Origin: an uncultured Methanosarcinaceae archaeon
GTDB lineage: Archaea; Halobacteriota; Methanosarcinia; Methanosarcinales; Methanosarcinaceae
NCBI GenBank assembly: GCA_963847185.1
Contig: CAWJYV010000002.1
Location: forward strand, 1 to 64,000
Length of the DNA stretch: 64,000 nt
Reading direction: 5' to 3'
The notes beneath the pieces are model-generated. The model ran no database searches and was not told the origin of the DNA. It was given only the letters and a program-made list of their open reading frames with translations. Every line of letters begins with the position of its first letter. Within the stretch, counting starts at the first letter, position 1. Position numbers and translations under genes: made by a program. Positions 43,613 to 53,312 of this stretch are shown here, in pieces.

Positions 43613-46574
43613 TTATTCAAATTTAAAGTCACTTAATTCACAATTCCAGAACCAAGGCAAATCATCCAATGAAAAGCCAATAAAATCTTCGTCACGAGAA
43701 ATAACTCCTAGATTTTTAGCTTCTTCCCAATATAGCTCAACTTCTTCACAAAATTCCTGAAAGACTTCAGGGTAACATTTTAGAATTCCAATTAGCATAT
43801 AATTAACATTATTACTGTCATCCAATCCATGTTTCGTTCTAAAAATTGATGAAAATGCTATGTTAAATACATGCGACAAACAATTATCTATATGGTTGAT
43901 TAATAGTTTTATTGCCTTTAAAGAAGCATTATCTTTTGGTACTTTGCCATTTAGAAGTCTTTTAAAAAATGGATGGCGAGCATTGTAAATTACCCTATCA
44001 AAATCCTCAATAAAATTTGGCGGGTAAACAAAAAGTGGTGCCTTATCTAATAAATTACTATGCATTTGATAGGTGAACTCATTATGTGAAATGGAAAAAA
44101 TACCTTCATCTATTCTATCATTAGAAAATGCTTCAATTACTAATCCAGGAATGGAAGTAATGTAAAGTTCGGAAGAATTTCCTAAGATTCTATGTAAAAA
44201 CTCACTTCGTTGCTCTGCACCTTCGTCTTCATGCATCAAAAGAACTGTTTTTGCACCAACAAGGCGTCTAGCTTCATTTAATAAGATTGCATCAGGTATT
44301 TTCTTAGACCAGTCATTGAAGTAAGTAATTGCTAAACTTCTTGTTTTTATATTTTTTCATTGTATTATATACTCTTTGCCCATTATCCGAAATAGTTAAT
44401 AAAGGGACGTAGTTAGAAAAAAGCTTTTGCATGATATTTTCAAATTCTTCTTCTTTATAATCAAAGCCTAGTTCTGAGAATCCTTTAGATAAACTCAATA
44501 TATGATATTCCATCAGTTCATTAATATTTTTAACATATCCTTTAAATGAGTATGAATCTTTACTTGTTTCTAAATAGTTCTCTAGTTCTTCTAGAATACT
44601 TGATTGTATTTTACCAATTAGCTTTTTATACTTTTCATCCTCTACTAAATCCGACCTATTTGGTGATAAAGACAATTTAAAATTATCTGAAAGGTTTATT
44701 GACGCTTGAATACTATGAAATAATCTTTTAGGTAAGAGTTTTTGAGAAGGGATTGCAAATCCTCTCTGGGCAAAAATATTATCTCTATTTGGTGTAGGTT
44801 GAATAATTTGCAATTTACCTTTAATACCTTCTTTTTCGTCATCAAATATAATTTCAAAATATTTTTTCCCACTTTTTTGATCTTTATAATTTTTTCTTTC
44901 TCCTGGCAAATAAGGCTTATATGTCTCGATTTTCTCACTTGTCTCAATAACTATTGGGTACTCTATAAAAGGAGCAATCTCCGATATTTTTTCAACTAGT
45001 GATATGGAAGAGAAAGGATGATTAGATTTCAGCGATAGAGTTATTTTATTTCCAATGTAAACACGAGAAGACGGCCTTTGAACAAAATAATCATAAGCAG
45101 TTGGAATTTCAACGTTTATTGGGGCAGGTGGATTCAGTGGGTCGAGTGGCTTTCTTCTACTTTCGACTTTGAAACTGGAAGCTACCATAAAAACGGATAG
45201 AATACCTATTCCAAACTCACTAACTGGGTCAATTTCTATGCCGCTTGTGCGGCATTCTGAACTATTGTAGTAACTTCTTCCAATTTGCAAAAAATAGTTT
45301 TCGAAAATATCCTTATCCATTCCAATTCCATTATCTTCAATAATAAGTTCGTCACCTTTCAAAGTAATCTTAATGAATGGTGAGAATTGATTTCCTTCTT
45401 TCTTTTCCATTGATTCTCGGTAACGAACAGCATCTACTGAATTCTGCAAAAGTTCGCGGAGAGTTAAAGTAGGATCTCCATATAATCTCTCTCCCATTAA
45501 AAGATCAATAACTCGATGAAAATCAAGTTTAAAATGGAAATCAGAATAGATATATTCGCCATTAGATCTAATGTTCTCTTTTGTGACTGGTTTTAATAAA
45601 TCTAGCCTATATATTTCTGCTAAGTCATCTTTATAGCGTGACGTTAAAAGGATACTTTCTTTACGTTCGGTTTCTATCATGTCAATAAATTCACGAAGTG
45701 TACGTTCATAGATAGGATGTTCACATTCTGCTTCTATACTGATTTCTTTTTGAGATATTTTACATCCAATGATTGAGAGATGTTTATTCCACTCCTTGAC
45801 GCTTGTTTCATCCTTTGGATCAATAAAATCAAGTAGACATCTGGGTGTACGTTCTGGATCAAGATCTAAATTATCAGCTAAGCGAAGTATTACAGACAAA
45901 TACTGCACATTAACATTCTGATCTTTAACCAGAGCATCACGGCGCCAACGTCTTGTATCGTAAAGATCTCTTACGGGCAAACCGTGACTATCACATACTA
46001 CTTGAACTAATTTATAATATGGAACCCCTTTCCATGATATTGGTGTCTTTTTCAACCCATATTTTTCTTTGATTAGTTCATTAGAACGTTCTACATGTTT
46101 TCTACGGAGAAATTCAGTAAAAAGTTTATCTTCAATAAACGTTGCTAAACGATGATCTCCACTCTTTTTTGCTTTGTCAAGTTTAAAGCTTAATTCTTCA
46201 TTAGAAACGAGAAGCTTAGCAAATTCGGAATTATTCTTAATGATTTCTTCTCTTTCATCCTGTGAAGCTGTCATTCCTATATCATGAAGATATGCAGCGT
46301 AAATGAGTATAGACAGCTCGATAATGTTTAAGTGATCAAGCGTATCTGAGGGTATTATTTTTCCCATATGTTCAACTACTTTTGCACTATGGTTAGCATT
46401 ATGCAAAGTAAATTCAGGCATGTTTTCAGGAATTCTTTCAAGTAAAGGAGCTATCTCACGGATAACTGAGAATATATTTTCCGAAATTTCATGTTCTCCA
46501 AGCAAATCTTCTTTTTCAAGAAGCTGTTGAAACAGAACTGTTTTCTTCAATCTTTCAATAGCAGTTTCAGGCAT
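43613..46574 (-). CDS. HD-CE phosphohydrolase fused to an Hsp90-like (GHKL) ATPase; one +1 frameshift near 44352-44357 (about 986 aa if corrected)
   Basis: FTLHNANHS, LHDIGM, RRKH, SHG, LRLADNLD; LYGDP..LRELLQNSVDA, EDNGIGM, FGIGILS. The downstream frame is open right back to the A6 run. Confidence 0.8.
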
Positions 46575-46740
46575 TTACTTGCTCCATTACTGTTTGCGAT
46601 TCTTTTTGACATATTACCTGATTAATTTTTTGTTTTTATCTTGGAATGTTGATCACATTTCCACTTAATTTAAGTATATGCCGCCTGCTCCGCAGTCGTA
46701 TGGTAGACTGTTCTTAAGATTCATCGAAACTCAAACCGCC

Positions 46741-46876
46741 TCCATTTGGATTCGGTTAACGAATTTTATGCACAACTTCGGATACCACGTGTAGTGATTT
46801 TCCAAGAGAATTCTCTTAGATATTGCATAAAAATAGCATTTTTTGACTTTTTGTTCCTTAACCGAATCCAAATGGA
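46741..46876. mobile_element. MITE-like element, 136 bp
   Basis: Perfect 19-bp inverted repeats TCCATTTGGATTCGGTTAA / TTAACCGAATCCAAATGGA. Confidence 0.75.
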
Positions 46877-46902
46877 TGGCTATCAGGTCCTGCATTTGCT
46901 AT

Positions 46903-47196
46903 TTAAAATAATGGTTTTTCTGTTGTTGATTTCATACAATGGTTTATTGTATCCTGAAATATAGTGTTGTCATTTTTACTCGCATTTACTGTATCCCAAT
47001 AAACAGATAAACACCACCAGCTATCAACAATACGCGTATCAGCGTATCCGGTTCCCGATAATACACTATATCTACCTGTTTTCTTAACATAATGTCCAGT
47101 ATCTGGATCGGAAAGCCGTCCTGTTTCTTTTATTTTCTCATTGAACTTACTTGCCACTACAAATATAATTTCCCATTTATGTAGATTTATAATCAA
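46903..47196 (-). other. Possible gene fragment of unknown family
   Basis: 97-aa frame with protein-like composition, no convincing start, ending next to the MITE. Confidence 0.25.
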
Positions 47197-47419
47197 GATC
47201 TATTTCCCAAGATACAAGTTCTTTTTTGAGAGTTTTACTCGTCTTTATTCATACAATCAAAATAAATATATCAAAGAGTTCTTGTACAGAAATTTATCAA
47301 AAGAAAGCTTCTGAAGAGCTGTTGATATTATAACAAGGTTTTTATATTTATCGAATATATAAATACGCACTGGTATGCTTAAGCATATCAGTTAAACGGC
47401 ATACGGGGGAGTAATTGAA

Positions 47420-48670
47420 ATGATTAAATTTGGAACAGTAAAGTCAGCGTTGCTAATGGCATTTATTGGAATGGTAATAATTGGAATGGTACAGCCCATT
47501 GCTGCGATGGGACAAAGTTCATCCAGTGAAATGGAACAGGATAATGAAAGAGATTCATATGAAGGGCAGGATTGCAAGGACTCTTCACATAATAAAACTA
47601 TGATGATGAAAGAGGGGTCCGAAAACGAAAAGATGATGCATTGTTGTATGATGCATGGTATGATGGGAGAAAGCTCAGAAAATAAGACTATGATGCATCA
47701 CTGCATGATGCATTGTATGATGCACGGTATGATGGGAGAAAGCTCAGAAAATAAAACAATGATGCATGGTACGATGGAAGAGAAAGCAGCTAACGAAAGC
47801 TGTTGCATGGCTAAAATGGATGAAAATGCCAGTATGGAACAGACCGAGAATGAATGCGCCATTTTCTGGCTGAAACAGGCCATTGAGCTGCACAAGATGC
47901 ATCTTGAGAATCCTAGCATGGCGACCAATGAATCTCAGATAGAACTTATGAATCAGATGAAGCAGGCCTACAAGCTCATCCCAGGAGAAAGCGCGGCTAT
48001 GGGAATGCTGTGTCCATCCAATGAAAGTATGGCAATGGGAGAGAAATTAACCAAAAAAGAGAAAATGGACTGTATGATGGGAGAGAAGTCGGGCAAAAAA
48101 GAGAAGATGGAATCCATGATGACGGAAGGGAAAGAAGCTAAAGAAGAGAAGATGGAATCCATGATGATGGAAGGGAAAGAAGCTAAAGAAGAGAAAATGG
48201 AATCCATGATGGAAGGAAAAGAAGCTAAAAAAGAGAAAATGGAATCCATGATGATGGGGGGGGAAGCAGCTAACGATAGCTGTTGCATGGCTAAAATGGA
48301 TCAGAATACAAGTATGATTCAGGCCAGGATGGACTGTGCCTGTTTCTGGCTGAAACAAGCCGTTGAGTTGCACAAAATGCATTTAGAGAATCCAAGTATG
48401 GCAACCAATGAATCTCAAATAAAGATGATGTGTCAGATGATAAAAGCCTACGAGTTGATTGTAGGAGAAAAAATGACTATGGAGTTGACGGATGAAACAA
48501 TGAATGATGAGTTAGAAGGATGGATGAATGAAACGGAAGAAGACCGGTTGGCAGAATGGACGAACAAAACAGAAGACGAAAAGTCAGAAGAATGGATGAG
48601 TGCAGCAGTAGATATCGAGTCTACAAAATCAATGGATACAAAAGCAAGCAATGAATCTTCAGCATGTTAA
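47420..48670 (+). CDS. Secreted Met/His/Cys-rich repeat protein, putative metal-binding
   Basis: SD GGGGAG; signal peptide; MMHCCMMHGMM and KMESMM repeats; duplicated domain of about 65 aa (CCMAKM...FWLKQA.ELHKMHLENPSMATNESQ). Confidence 0.85.
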   Translation: MIKFGTVKSALLMAFIGMVIIGMVQPIAAMGQSSSSEMEQDNERDSYEGQDCKDSSHNKTMMMKEGSENEKMMHCCMMHGMMGESSENKTMMHHCMMHCMMHGMMGESSENKTMMHGTMEEKAANESCCMAKMDENASMEQTENECAIFWLKQAIELHKMHLENPSMATNESQIELMNQMKQAYKLIPGESAAMGMLCPSNESMAMGEKLTKKEKMDCMMGEKSGKKEKMESMMTEGKEAKEEKMESMMMEGKEAKEEKMESMMEGKEAKKEKMESMMMGGEAANDSCCMAKMDQNTSMIQARMDCACFWLKQAVELHKMHLENPSMATNESQIKMMCQMIKAYELIVGEKMTMELTDETMNDELEGWMNETEEDRLAEWTNKTEDEKSEEWMSAAVDIESTKSMDTKASNESSAC

Positions 48671-48990
48671 GAGGTTATCAGCACACATAATAAGATAAAA
48701 TAACTCGTAATTAGAAAATAGGGTTTTTCCTACTTTTATTTTTTAGCTGCTTGTACGAGCATACTAATCAAGTGATTGTCAGATAAGCTCAGTACAAATT
48801 TAGGGATACCGACAGTTTAGATTAGCCTGTATTGGTCGATCTAATGAGATAAGGTCTATGGTTGAACACCGGAAAATACGGAAAATATTGTCAGAGAGTT
48901 AAAAAGAGAAATAATAAGTGAAATTCTTTCTGGCAAGAGCCACAAACACTGCATAGATCAATAAAACATGAGAATATAGGGGGAAACATT

Positions 48991-49200
48991 ATGGAAACTG
49001 GAAGTAAAGCAGAAGCCGCTCCTATGGAAATGCAGAAGATGTTAAAAGGTATAAACTATCCTGCAAAGAGGAGTGATATTATAGGGCAAGCAAAGAAGAG
49101 TGGCGCAATGAATGTTGTGCTATTGCAGAAGCTTGGTATGCTTCAAGATAAGGAATACGCCAGTGCTGAGGAAGTTCTCAAAGAACTTGAAAAAAGATAA
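48991..49200 (+). CDS. DUF2795-family small protein
   Basis: LKGINYPAKRSDII..AK..GA...L..L.DKEY.SA.EV pattern. Confidence 0.85.
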   Translation: METGSKAEAAPMEMQKMLKGINYPAKRSDIIGQAKKSGAMNVVLLQKLGMLQDKEYASAEEVLKELEKR

Positions 49201-49489
49201 ATTTGTTCTTAATCAAATAGCTCTGGCCAGTGACTGTACTCAACTTTATAATTTGGATTGGGAAACTCAATATAACTGGATGTATAGCAGGCGATTGGAC
49301 TATTATTAGATCAGGCACAAGGGGGCTCGTCGAAAGTTCAAAAGCAGATTTGGAGAAGCTTCTTAAGGATGGGAATGTGTTAACATCACTTAAATAAATA
49401 CACGTAGCCAGTCCCTCGGTAGCTAATCATTTTTAAGCAGATCTGCACTACCTTTCTTTTTTACTGCACTATTTTTCAATCGATTTTCA

Positions 49490-49561
49490 AGTCAGAAGTG
49501 AGAATCGAACTCACATAATTCCGGGTTGCAGCCGGAAGCATAGCCACTCTGCCATTCTGAC
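49490..49561 (-). tRNA. tRNA-Cys(GCA)
   Basis: Acceptor GTCAGAA/TTCTGAC with U73, D stem GCA/TGC, anticodon arm TCCGG-CTGCAAC-CCGGA, T arm GTGAG-TTCGATT-CTCAC; all stems pair perfectly. Confidence 0.93.
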
Positions 49562-50019
49562 ACATATCCAGTTTATACATTCGTGTAGCAGATATTTTAT
49601 TATTGTCAGAACTATATTTAGTATTGCTAATCAGTAGAAGAGTTACTTTGATTGTGGATAGGCAAATTCTCGTATTAAAGAAAAATTCGTTGAAGATGAG
49701 TTTTTTTAACAAAAATATTATAAAATAATGCACATAATAAACATAATTTTAGATTTATGTCGAAAAGATCTGATCTCATTATAATAGATTCATGCTCTAA
49801 GTTGTACTTTAGGAGGAGGCCTGTAAATCAGGCAAGCTTTGTAGAAAAAGCGGCCCTGGTTACTGCCTTATTGCTAGATTTGGTGATCCTATTTGCGCTA
49901 AGATTTATGTTGGAACCTTCACTTGACATAAATTTAGTTTCAGAGCAAGAACCAGATCCAGTTATGGTAACTGAAATATGAGGAACTTTGAAAAAAGGCA
50001 CTATTAGGGGGGGGTTTAA

Positions 50020-50994
50020 ATTAATAAAGAATTAAAGCGAAGTCAACAGACATCAGATAAAAAGATATCGGATATATACACAGGTCTACTTTTGCTTTTA
50101 ATTATTGGTGGCATTGCTCTGGCGTACGAAAACTGGATAGGCCATGCCCTGATAGCTATCATAAGCCTGATGCTGATAATTTATGTTATTACTACCGGTG
50201 CCATGCTTAGAGGAAGGATAAAAAGAAGTCCAAGAAATATCTTTAAACTTCATAGAAGGAGTGGCATTTACTTTGGAGCTTTCATCCTGGGATTATTCAG
50301 CTATGGTTTGTCGATGAGGCTACATCATGGAGAAGCAATACTATCCTCTGTTCACGGAAAACTGGGGCTGATTATCCTTCTCATTGTAATTATTCAGGTT
50401 ATCCCAAGTCTGATTTTAAAAAATAGAGACAGGTATAGAGGATTGCACAAAATAGCGGGATACACTCTGGCGCCAATTATATTCATTAACGCAAGTTGGG
50501 GCCTGTACAATGGTGTAATTGTCGGAACAAAGAACGTGGTTCTCTTTCATTCCATCTCTGGAGGCCTGGTTGCCCTTGTTCTTGTCTGGGTACTTCTAGA
50601 AATTAGATATCCAATAGACAGGTCACTAACCAGAGTCAGGATAGCAAGTTATCTTTCAACACTTCTGGTAACCGCTGGGTGCTGGATAGGGGGAGGCTAT
50701 AACTATTTAACGTCCTATGGTTCCGAAGTAAAACCCGTAATTCTGGCAGGTCCTTCTCCCTGGGCGCACGAGATTATAATGGAGGCAAAAGAGCACATTT
50801 TTGTCTTTCTGCCTATAATCGCACTCACCCTGTCAATTACTCTATCCATTTTCGACAGAGATTCTTTTCTGAGTGATGCTAAGCTCAGGCAAGCTCTTAC
50901 AATAATTGCGTTTCTGGCACTTTTCATGGTGCTGTTTATGTTCCTGATGGGAGCAATTATTTCAAACGCTGGACAGATTGGAACGGAGGCTTGA
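50020..50994 (+). CDS. Polytopic membrane protein with cytochrome b561-like His pattern (probable ATT start; first canonical start TTG 50092)
   Basis: About nine TM helices; FKLHRRSG, SVHGKLG, GLHKIAG, FHSISG, WAHE..MEAKEH. Confidence 0.7.
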   Translation: MNKELKRSQQTSDKKISDIYTGLLLLLIIGGIALAYENWIGHALIAIISLMLIIYVITTGAMLRGRIKRSPRNIFKLHRRSGIYFGAFILGLFSYGLSMRLHHGEAILSSVHGKLGLIILLIVIIQVIPSLILKNRDRYRGLHKIAGYTLAPIIFINASWGLYNGVIVGTKNVVLFHSISGGLVALVLVWVLLEIRYPIDRSLTRVRIASYLSTLLVTAGCWIGGGYNYLTSYGSEVKPVILAGPSPWAHEIIMEAKEHIFVFLPIIALTLSITLSIFDRDSFLSDAKLRQALTIIAFLALFMVLFMFLMGAIISNAGQIGTEA

Positions 50995-50995
50995 G

Positions 50996-51313
50996 ATGAA
51001 GAAATCAGCAACTTTCATCGCATCAGCTACAATTGCCGTATTTTTAACTGGCTGTATCATTATTGCCCATGATCGATCAGCCGATTTTAAACAATTTCTG
51101 GTAACACTTACGGGCCATCATTGGACATCAGTAAGCTTAATAATTATAGTACTATTTGTCTCATTTTCAGGGCTTCTGTTGGGTTCGAAGAGCGTAAGAA
51201 GAGCCCTGAGAGTGTATGATGTAAGGTTGTGGTCAACTGCTCTGATGTCCGTGACTCTACTCATGATGTTGGTAATCTTTGCTGAGTTAGTCGCTCGCTA
51301 CCTATCTGATTGA
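50996..51313 (+). CDS. Small 3-TM membrane protein
   Basis: ATG lies 1 nt after the upstream stop, with SD GGAGG; LTGHHW motif. Confidence 0.75.
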   Translation: MKKSATFIASATIAVFLTGCIIIAHDRSADFKQFLVTLTGHHWTSVSLIIIVLFVSFSGLLLGSKSVRRALRVYDVRLWSTALMSVTLLMMLVIFAELVARYLSD

Positions 51314-51832
51314 GATTCATGTGCAGGACCGAATCTGACAAAAACGACTTAATGCTATGAGTTTCTCATCAGGAAAAGTTACATCCCGCACTCAGCAGCC
51401 ATAATGCTACTGAGAATCACGGTTTTTCTTTATTGCTTTATGTTACTCTTTAATTATTTCGTTAATTATCACAGTTCAGGGCACATAGTCGTAAAGAACT
51501 TGAAAATTTACATTGAATGTAAACGTACTTTAACTTTACACTAGATGTAAAAATGCTAGAGATTTGGATGTGTCTCATCGGATACTCGGACAAGGCACAG
51601 GTAGATAACAGGCAGCATACCCAAAGCATGCAATGAAAAATTTTATCCCAAAGCTGGCGGGACAGGCAATAGAAATCGACAAAAAATTAAGAATGAACCG
51701 TGAAATCAAAAACTCAACACTAACTTGCTTCAATAATGATGGCTCAAATCAAGAAGCATGTCTATCGATATCAATCCCCTGCGATAGATGCAGAAGATAT
51801 TGTAAATGAGGATATTTTCTAATATTTCGACA

Positions 51833-52483
51833 TTACAACTTGCTATTTACCCCTTTCAATATTCTTCCAGCTCCACGTAATATGATTTCTTCCTTAATTA
51901 TTTTGATTTTATTTCTGCGAAGTAATGCTTCAAAGTCGTATTTAATAAAATTTTTGTAGTATTCGGATTCATAAAGAGCAATAATATGATAAATTAAAAA
52001 CTTACCAATCTTGTTTTTGGGTAAATAATAATCGACTATTATTATGGTTCCTTTTGGTTTGGTTACTCTGACCATCTCTTTCAAGACTTTTTCTCTTATA
52101 CTCAAAGGCATATCATGTAAAGCAAACGATACAGAAGAAATATCAAAACTATTATCCTCAAAGGGTAGTTTTGTTGCATCAGCGACTTCAAATCTCACAT
52201 TTCTTAATTTATTTTTCCTTTTAGCCACTTTAAGCATGGATTCGGAAAGGTCGATCCCGACAACTTCGTAATCATTTTTCGCAAATGCAAAGGCCTGTTG
52301 TCCAGTTCCCGCGGCAACGTCTAATATTTTGGAACCTTTCTGGGCATTTGTAAAATTAACTACTCTATCTCTGACACTGGAAAAAGGTACGACAATAGCA
52401 TCATAAAAAGGAGCCAGTATAGAAAACACCTTTCTTACAAGTAAGTAATACTCCTTTTCTTCATCAGTTAAGTTTTCTACCAT
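51833..52483 (-). CDS. Class I SAM-dependent methyltransferase (UbiE-like)
   Basis: ILDVAAGTG, GIDLS..ML, ADATKLPFEDNSFD, EMVRVTKPKG. Confidence 0.9.
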   Translation of the reverse strand: MVENLTDEEKEYYLLVRKVFSILAPFYDAIVVPFSSVRDRVVNFTNAQKGSKILDVAAGTGQQAFAFAKNDYEVVGIDLSESMLKVAKRKNKLRNVRFEVADATKLPFEDNSFDISSVSFALHDMPLSIREKVLKEMVRVTKPKGTIIIVDYYLPKNKIGKFLIYHIIALYESEYYKNFIKYDFEALLRRNKIKIIKEEIILRGAGRILKGVNSKL

Positions 52484-52706
52484 AATTTCTCCCTCAACAA
52501 ACATTTAACGCTTTCATAGAAAATAGAACTAATCTCATTTGAAAACTTCAAATTTGCCGCTATAAATATATCCTAAAAATCAGTCTCATTAACTGAGTTT
52601 ACGCAAAGAATTTGTGGCAAACCGGACATATATTCGTTTAATCCTACAGTATTCCATAAAATTATTATGTCAAATCATTCAGTAAAAATTAGATGGAGAT
52701 CAAAAA

Positions 52707-52913
52707 ATGACTCAAGGAACCATAAAAGTTGAAGGCATGTCCTGCGGGCACTGCCAGATGGCGGTTAAGAAAGCAGTTGAGGCTGTGGAAGGGGTACAGA
52801 AAGCAGATGTGAACCTTCAGAACAAACAGGTAGTTGTTGAATACGACGAAGGGAAGGCAAACCTTGAAAAATTAAAGGCTGCGATTAAGGAAGCTGGGTA
52901 TGAACCCCTGTAA
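52707..52913 (+). CDS. copZ: Copper chaperone
   Basis: VEGMSCGHC and AIKEAGYE (HMA domain). Confidence 0.95.
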   Translation: MTQGTIKVEGMSCGHCQMAVKKAVEAVEGVQKADVNLQNKQVVVEYDEGKANLEKLKAAIKEAGYEPL

Positions 52914-53041
52914 TAGGCGATCTTACTCACAGTGACATTATTTCCAATAGTTTTTAAAGGATTATATACTAAAAATTACAGATTTTATCATATGGGTAAA
53001 GTGCTTTTCAAAAAAAGAGCTGCTTTTGCGGGGGTGAACAT

Positions 53042-53287
53042 ATCGGGGAGACAACATTCATAGTAGACGACATGGTCTGCAGGTACTGCAAGGACATGAT
53101 TACCAGGCTCGTTTCCTCTATCAACGGGGTTTCACGAGTAAACATAAGTATTCCTGACAGGACAATAAATGTAGCCTATGACAGTCGGATAACTGATGCA
53201 TATGTCATACGGATGACCCTGATTAAAGATGGGTATAAAAATATAAAAGAGCCCGATAAAATACTATTAAAAGCCGGGCAGTCCTGA
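53042..53287 (+). CDS. Second HMA-domain protein (probable ATC start)
   Basis: GETTFIVDDMVCRYC (MxCxxC), INGV, DGY; SD GGGGTGA just upstream of the ATC. Confidence 0.75.
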   Translation: MGETTFIVDDMVCRYCKDMITRLVSSINGVSRVNISIPDRTINVAYDSRITDAYVIRMTLIKDGYKNIKEPDKILLKAGQS

Positions 53288-53312
53288 AAAATCTGGATAG
53301 GCGGCACATCCG

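Noticed and set aside
47698-48651. His/Phe- and Ser-rich minus-strand ORFs
   Set aside because: Antisense shadows of the Met-rich repeat gene (ATG runs read as CAT).
43550-49561. Integrative element inserted at tRNA-Cys
   Set aside because: No duplicate of the tRNA 3' end and no integrase were found in the window.
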